Positions 59,068-64,000 of a stretch of 64,000 nt of DNA are shown piece by piece. Location of the stretch: the NCBI GenBank assembly GCA_963817955.1, contig CAWFQK010000004.1, positions 1,120,001-1,184,000 of the forward strand. Reading direction: 5' to 3'. Both the position numbers and the translations under genes were made by a program. Every line of letters starts with the position of its first letter. The first letter of the stretch is position 1. Origin of the DNA: an uncultured Gemmatimonadaceae bacterium. GTDB taxonomy: Bacteria; Gemmatimonadota; Gemmatimonadetes; Gemmatimonadales; Gemmatimonadaceae. The notes under the pieces are model-generated. The model worked only from the letters and a program-made list of their open reading frames with translations. It was not told the origin of the DNA and made no database searches.

Positions 59068-59523
59068 ATGAAAGCGCGAGACATCATGACCTCCAATCCA
59101 CTCGCCGTCACGCCCGGCGAACCGATCTCCCGGGCGGCCGAGCTCATGCGCGACGTCGACGTCGGGCTCATTCCCGTCGTGGACGATACCAAATCGATGC
59201 GTCTGGTCGGCGTCATCACCGACCGCGACATCTCCGTACGCTGCGTGGCAAAGCAGCACAGCCCGTCCTGTGTGATCCGCGACCACATGACGAAGGGGCC
59301 AATCGACACGGTGCGGCCGGATGACGACGTCGAGACCGCCCTCTCGCTCATGAAACGCGATCAGGTGCGGCGGATCCCCGTCGTGTCAGAGGACAACCAT
59401 CTCGTGGGGATCATCGCACAGGCGGACCTGGCGACCACGCTCGGGCCGACGCAGCCACAGCAGGTTCAGCAGGTGCTGGAGCAGGTCTCGCAGCCACGCG
59501 AAACGATCACGCCAATACCATGA
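59068..59523 (+). CDS. CBS domain protein, Hrp1-like
   Basis: ARDIMT, GVITDRDI, QVRRIPVV, GIIAQADL. Confidence 0.92.
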   Translation: MKARDIMTSNPLAVTPGEPISRAAELMRDVDVGLIPVVDDTKSMRLVGVITDRDISVRCVAKQHSPSCVIRDHMTKGPIDTVRPDDDVETALSLMKRDQVRRIPVVSEDNHLVGIIAQADLATTLGPTQPQQVQQVLEQVSQPRETITPIP

Positions 59524-59554
59524 CGCGCCGCATGCGGGACACCCCGGCGACTGC

Positions 59555-60262
59555 TTGCTGAACAGGAACGCGCTCGAAGTCGAGCATCTGTTCGTTCGGC
59601 TCGGCGGCACCGACATCATTCGCGATCTGTCATTCGCGGTGCCGGCGGGCACGTCCCTGGCCGTGATCGGGCCAAACGGCTCGGGCAAGACCGTGCTCGT
59701 TCGTGCGCTCATTGGCTCGCTGCCCTCGTCGGGGATCATCCGATGGGCGCCGGGGACGCGTCTTGGCTACGTCCCGCAGAAGCTCGATCTCGAGCGCGAT
59801 CTTCCGGTCACTGGGCGGGACCTGTTGGAGGCCCGCGCGCGCCTGGCGTCGGCGTCACTGTCGTGCGTCGCGCCGGCGCTGGCGCGCGTGGGACTGCTGC
59901 CCGTAGTGCTCGAGAAGCCGCTGGGGACGTTGTCGGGCGGACAATTTCAACGTTTACTCATGGCGTTCGCGCTGCTGGCGGATCCCACGGTCTTGCTGCT
60001 CGACGAGCCGACGACCGGCGTCGACGAGCCGGGACAGGAGCGTCTGAACGATACGATCCGGCGGTTGCAGGCCGATGGGGTCACCGCGCTCATGATCTCG
60101 CACGATCTGAGCGTGGTGTTTCGATTCGCGACCAACGTCCTCTGCCTGGCACGCGAGCACACTTGTTTCGGCATCCCACGTCAGATCCTCACGCCGGAGG
60201 TGCTCGCCGAGGTGTACGGCGATCCCGTAGGAGTGTTCGTGCATGACGGCCCTTCCCGCTAG
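59555..60262 (+). CDS. Zn/Mn ABC transporter ATP-binding protein
   Basis: GPNGSGKT, GYVPQ, LSGGQ, LLLDEP, SHDL. Confidence 0.9.
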   Translation: MLNRNALEVEHLFVRLGGTDIIRDLSFAVPAGTSLAVIGPNGSGKTVLVRALIGSLPSSGIIRWAPGTRLGYVPQKLDLERDLPVTGRDLLEARARLASASLSCVAPALARVGLLPVVLEKPLGTLSGGQFQRLLMAFALLADPTVLLLDEPTTGVDEPGQERLNDTIRRLQADGVTALMISHDLSVVFRFATNVLCLAREHTCFGIPRQILTPEVLAEVYGDPVGVFVHDGPSR

Positions 60263-61016
60263 TGCGGTCGCGCTCTCGGCATCGATGGCCGTGGCCGCCG
60301 GTCTCATCGGGGCGTTCGGGTTGATGCGGCGTATGACGCTCGCGGCGGACGCGCTGTCGCACGTGGCCCTGCCGGGCATCGGGGTCGCCCTGCTGCTCCG
60401 TCTGGATCCGCTCGTTGGCGCGCTCGTCGCACTCGTCGCCGGTGCGCTGCTCATCTGGACCCTCGAGCGCCGAACGCGCCTCGCCACCGAAACGGTCATC
60501 GGTGTCGTGTTTTCAACCGCCCTGGCGCTCGGCGCGATGCTCTCCACGGGCGAGGAATTGATGGACGCCCTGTTCGGCGCACCGGGCACGTTATCGAGCG
60601 CCGAACTGTTCGCCGGCCTGGGCGGCGCGGCCATGGTCGTCCTCTTCGTGCTGCTCGCCCGCGACCGGTTGATCGTGCTCTTTCTCTCGTCGGACATCGC
60701 GCGGACCACCGGCATAAAGGTCAATCGCCTCAACCTGCTCTACCTGTTGGCGTTCGCGCTGACGGTGGCACTTGGGCTGCGCTTCCTGGGCGCGCTGCTC
60801 ATGGGATCGTTGATGATCATTCCGCCAGCCACTGCTCGGCGGCTGGCGCGCAACCTCACGGGTATGCTGGCTTGGTCGGTCGCCGTCGCCGTCCTCTCCA
60901 CCATTACTGGTGCGTGGCTGGCAGCGCGAGGCGGTCGGCAGCCGGGGCCGATGATCGTCTCCGTCGCGGCAGTGTGCTTCTTCTTGAGCCTGGCGGGTGG
61001 GCGAAGGGCTGCGTGA
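60243..61016 (+). CDS. Zn/Mn ABC transporter permease
   Basis: RRMTLAADALSHVALPG, GALLMGSLMIIP. Confidence 0.9.
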   Translation: MTALPASAVALSASMAVAAGLIGAFGLMRRMTLAADALSHVALPGIGVALLLRLDPLVGALVALVAGALLIWTLERRTRLATETVIGVVFSTALALGAMLSTGEELMDALFGAPGTLSSAELFAGLGGAAMVVLFVLLARDRLIVLFLSSDIARTTGIKVNRLNLLYLLAFALTVALGLRFLGALLMGSLMIIPPATARRLARNLTGMLAWSVAVAVLSTITGAWLAARGGRQPGPMIVSVAAVCFFLSLAGGRRAA

Positions 61017-61017
61017 T

Positions 61018-63097
61018 TCAGTCCGCCACGCCGGCCGGTGCGAGCAGCCGTGTCCCGCGTCTCGTGTCTCGTGTCCCGTGTCTCGTGTCCCGACGGGATG
61101 ACACAGACCGTATTGATGAGTATCGGCCGGATGCATCCACAGTTGAAGTGGGAGCACCGTCGGCGCGCAATTGGAAGGCTCCAATGAGGTTGTGCATGGT
61201 TGCGGCCTGGTCGGACAACGCATGCGCGGCGCTCGCCGATTGGTCGGCATTCGCGGCGACGTTCTGCGTGACGATGTTGACCTGATCGACCGCGGCGTTC
61301 ACCTGGCGAATGCCATCCGCTTGCTGCGCGGTGGCCGCGGCGATTTCGGCGACGACCTCGCCGACTTTGTGTGTCTGCTGGTTGATCGATTCAAGGTGTG
61401 CCAGTACTTCGCTATTTCGGGCGACACCGAACTCGACGCGGGCAGCGGACTCCTCCATCAGCTCCGTCGTGTGCTTGGCCGCGTCGGCGGCGCGCCTCGC
61501 CAACGCGCGGACTTCTTCCGCGACTACGGCAAAGCCCCTTCCGGCCTCGCCGGCGCGCGCTGCTTCGACCGCGGCGTTCAGCGCCAACAGATTCGTCTGG
61601 AACGCGATCTCGTCGATCGTCTTCACGACGGTGGCCGTTCGGTCGGCCGACTGCTGGATCGACAGCATCGCGGCGGTCAGGTCGTTCATGCTCGCCACAC
61701 CGGCCGACGCGCTCTCCCCCGCCTGTTGGGCCATCGTCCGCGCATCCTGCGCGTGCGAGGCCGTTCTGTCGCGTCATGGCCGAGATCTCCTGGAGCGTGG
61801 CGGCAACCTCTTCCAGCGAACTCGCCTGCTGCGTGGCGCCCTCGGAGAGCGAGTGTCCACCGGTGGCAATCTGATCGCTCGCCGCTGAGACCTGTTGCAC
61901 CGACGTGGTGACCTGGATCAAGGTGGTGCCGAGCGCGTCGGCAGTGGCGTTCATCGCGGTCTTGATGTGGGCGTGGTCGCCGCGGTAGTCGCCCTCGATG
62001 CGCGCGCGGAGGTCGCAGGCAGCCCATTTGTCTAGCACGGCGGCTGCTTCGGCCATCGGCGAGACAACCGCATCGAGCGTGTCGTTCATGCCCTGCATCA
62101 GTTCCAGGTAGGCGCCGCTGAAACCCGCCGTCTGACCTCGGGCGGACAACCGTCCCTCGCGTCCGGCCGTGGCCAATGCACGCGCCCTCTCGACGAGCGT
62201 GAAGATCGTGGTGCGCAACTTCTCAAACGCCTGTCCGAGCGAGTCCTGCGATGAGCGCACGACGACGGCCTGTGACAGATCGCCAACGCTGATTCGCGCG
62301 GCCGCCGCGGCAAGCTCGCGCTGCGACGCGATCATGGAATTGAACGACGCGCCGAGGACTGCAACCTCGTCGCGACCGGTGATCACGATAGTCTGATCGA
62401 GGTCGCCCGTCGCCAACGCGTTCGCCGCCTGAGTGAGCCGTCCCAACGGTCGGGAGATCAGTCCGGACACCCAGAAGCCAAGCGCCACCGCGATCCCGAC
62501 GGCCAGAAGACTCGTGACAATCATCATCCAACTGGCTTGTCGGGCGACCGCGGCGTTCAATTCGGCGCTGCTCTTGGCTCGCCGCAAATTGAGAACGACG
62601 AGCTGCTGGAGTGCACTGTCGGCCAGCGCGGCAGGGTTCGCCGGATCCGTGAGCGACCGCATTGCATCGTCGCGGCGTCCGGCGCGCGCCGCTTCCGCCG
62701 CCGCAATGCGATAAGGCTCGGCGCGAGCCTCCATCGCTTGGAACGCCCCGAAGGCTGTGCTGTCTTCGGCGTCGGCCAGGTTCGCACCGTACAAGCCGCT
62801 CACCGAGTCGAACCTCACCTTATACGCTGTAGACTTGGTCAATGCCGCATCGCGTTCGGCTGGCGCATCGGCGAGCACCGCGTCGCGTAACGAGACGCGC
62901 ATGGCTCTGAACGATGATTGCAGGTCGCCGGCCCACGCGACTGGCACGGTGACATGAGAGTACAGCTGGGCACCAGCCTGTTGTACGCGACGAATCTGTG
63001 TGGTCCCGATCGCGCCGACGAGGGCGGCGAGTAGTGCAAGCCCGGTATAACTGCTCCCAAGCTTTGTGCGGATCGGCAAGTTGGCGAACCACTGCAT
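61018..63097 (-). CDS. Methyl-accepting chemotaxis protein (4HB sensor, HAMP, MA) with one frameshift near 61761
   Basis: Two [45 protein letters not shown] in the downstream frame. Confidence 0.88.
61049..61092 (+). repeat. GTGTC(T/C)C heptamer tract inside the MCP C-terminal tail
   Basis: About 6 units; translated as [16 protein letters not shown]. Confidence 0.85.
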
Positions 63098-63306
63098 GGT
63101 CTAGCCCCGAATGAATGAGAGCAGTATTCAGTACATTGCCTCGCGGGCGAAGGCTCGAGAGATGTCAGAGCACGCTACCGCGATCGGACACGCAACCGGC
63201 GCGTCCGTGCATGAGAATCGGCCGATCTTTTGTGCAGCAGCTTACAGCGAGCTAAAATCCTGCTCACAGTTTTGTGAGACTCGGCCCCACTTTCTCGCAC
63301 TGGTTC

Positions 63307-63993
63307 ATGAGAATTCTGGTCATCGACGACGACGAGACAGTATCGCGCTGGGTCGCGAAGGTGCTGACCGAAGCCGATCACGCGGTCGACATCGCATTGA
63401 CTGCGGAGGCAGGGCGTACGCTCGCGCTGTCGATGGACTACGATCTCGCTCTGGTCGATCTCGAGCTGCCAGACGGGAGCGGGCTGAGCGTCATTCACGA
63501 GATCCGTCGTGGCGGCAAATCCATGCCTATCATCATCATCAGTGCTCGCGCGGATGACGAAGGCACCATCGCCGGGCTCGATGCCGGCGCCGACGACTAC
63601 CTTATAAAGCCAGTCGCGAACGGGGTGCTGCGGGCACGAGTTCGTGCCGCGCTTCGACGCGGTGGGGCGACGACCATGGACGCGCTGATCGTTGGCGAGC
63701 TGGAGATGGACCGCCTCCACCACGTGGTCCGCGCCCGCGGCAATCCACTCACCGTCAGTCCCACGGAGTACCGCTTGCTCGAACATTTCATGCTGCGCCC
63801 GGAGCAGATGGTCACACGGTCCGATCTGCTCGAGCGTGTGTGGCACATTCAATTCGACACGCAGACGAACGTGGTGGACACCACCGTGAGCCGACTGCGG
63901 CAAAAGCTGAGCGCAGCCGTAACGACGCCGCACCTCCGCACGGAGCGCCGTGTCGGCTATGTACTCACGAGCGTGCTGGCAACCGGATGCTGA
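63307..63993 (+). CDS. OmpR family response regulator
   Basis: MRILVIDDD, VDLELPDGSG, GADDYLIKP, winged helix TNVVD..SRLRQKL. Confidence 0.93.
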   Translation: MRILVIDDDETVSRWVAKVLTEADHAVDIALTAEAGRTLALSMDYDLALVDLELPDGSGLSVIHEIRRGGKSMPIIIISARADDEGTIAGLDAGADDYLIKPVANGVLRARVRAALRRGGATTMDALIVGELEMDRLHHVVRARGNPLTVSPTEYRLLEHFMLRPEQMVTRSDLLERVWHIQFDTQTNVVDTTVSRLRQKLSAAVTTPHLRTERRVGYVLTSVLATGC

Positions 63994-64000
63994 TTCCCTT

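Noticed and set aside
63263..63278. CTCACA-N4-TGTGAG palindrome between the MCP and response regulator genes
   Set aside because: Single short palindrome; OmpR proteins usually bind direct repeats, so no assignment
1..64000. tRNA, rRNA, transposase, integrase, prophage or defence genes
   Set aside because: No recognisable signatures found by inspection

Overview
High-GC bacterial chromosomal DNA, probably Gemmatimonadota. This is inferred from lineage-typical hypothetical proteins and Gly/Arg-rich inserts in secreted peptidases; no marker gene is present. About 55 genes can be supported. They include a DUF2249/membrane-protein/Crp-Fnr/DUF59 cluster with two CRP-type boxes, several sensor kinases and a diguanylate cyclase, a Tat-exported copper nitrite reductase (NirK type), M1 and M14 peptidases, and a tetraheme cytochrome c-NrfC-NrfD-SPFH-cytochrome c redox operon facing an NrfJ-like gene. 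Also present are a pabB-pabC fusion, mscL, an L,D-transpeptidase, an ~11 kb hypoxia/dormancy-like block (USP, CBS, M50-CBS, PRTase, hydrolase, prs, PolX-N-like HhH protein, ACP-FAAL-acyltransferase), a Zn/Mn ABC pair, an MCP and an OmpR regulator. The most unusual signal is non-coding. (i) Six polarised arrays of a 17-bp ACTCCCT unit sit at gene ends, supply stop codons, abut a truncated DinB gene and are preceded by strand-specific cytosine-poor DNA. (ii) A ~1.4 kb 21/20-bp satellite with higher-order repeats and a divergence gradient is enclosed by a ~110 bp inverted repeat. (iii) Heptamer tracts and REP-like hairpins are scattered through the window. Several hidden gene remnants and frameshifts are present. 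No rRNA, tRNA, CRISPR array, transposase or integrase was found.
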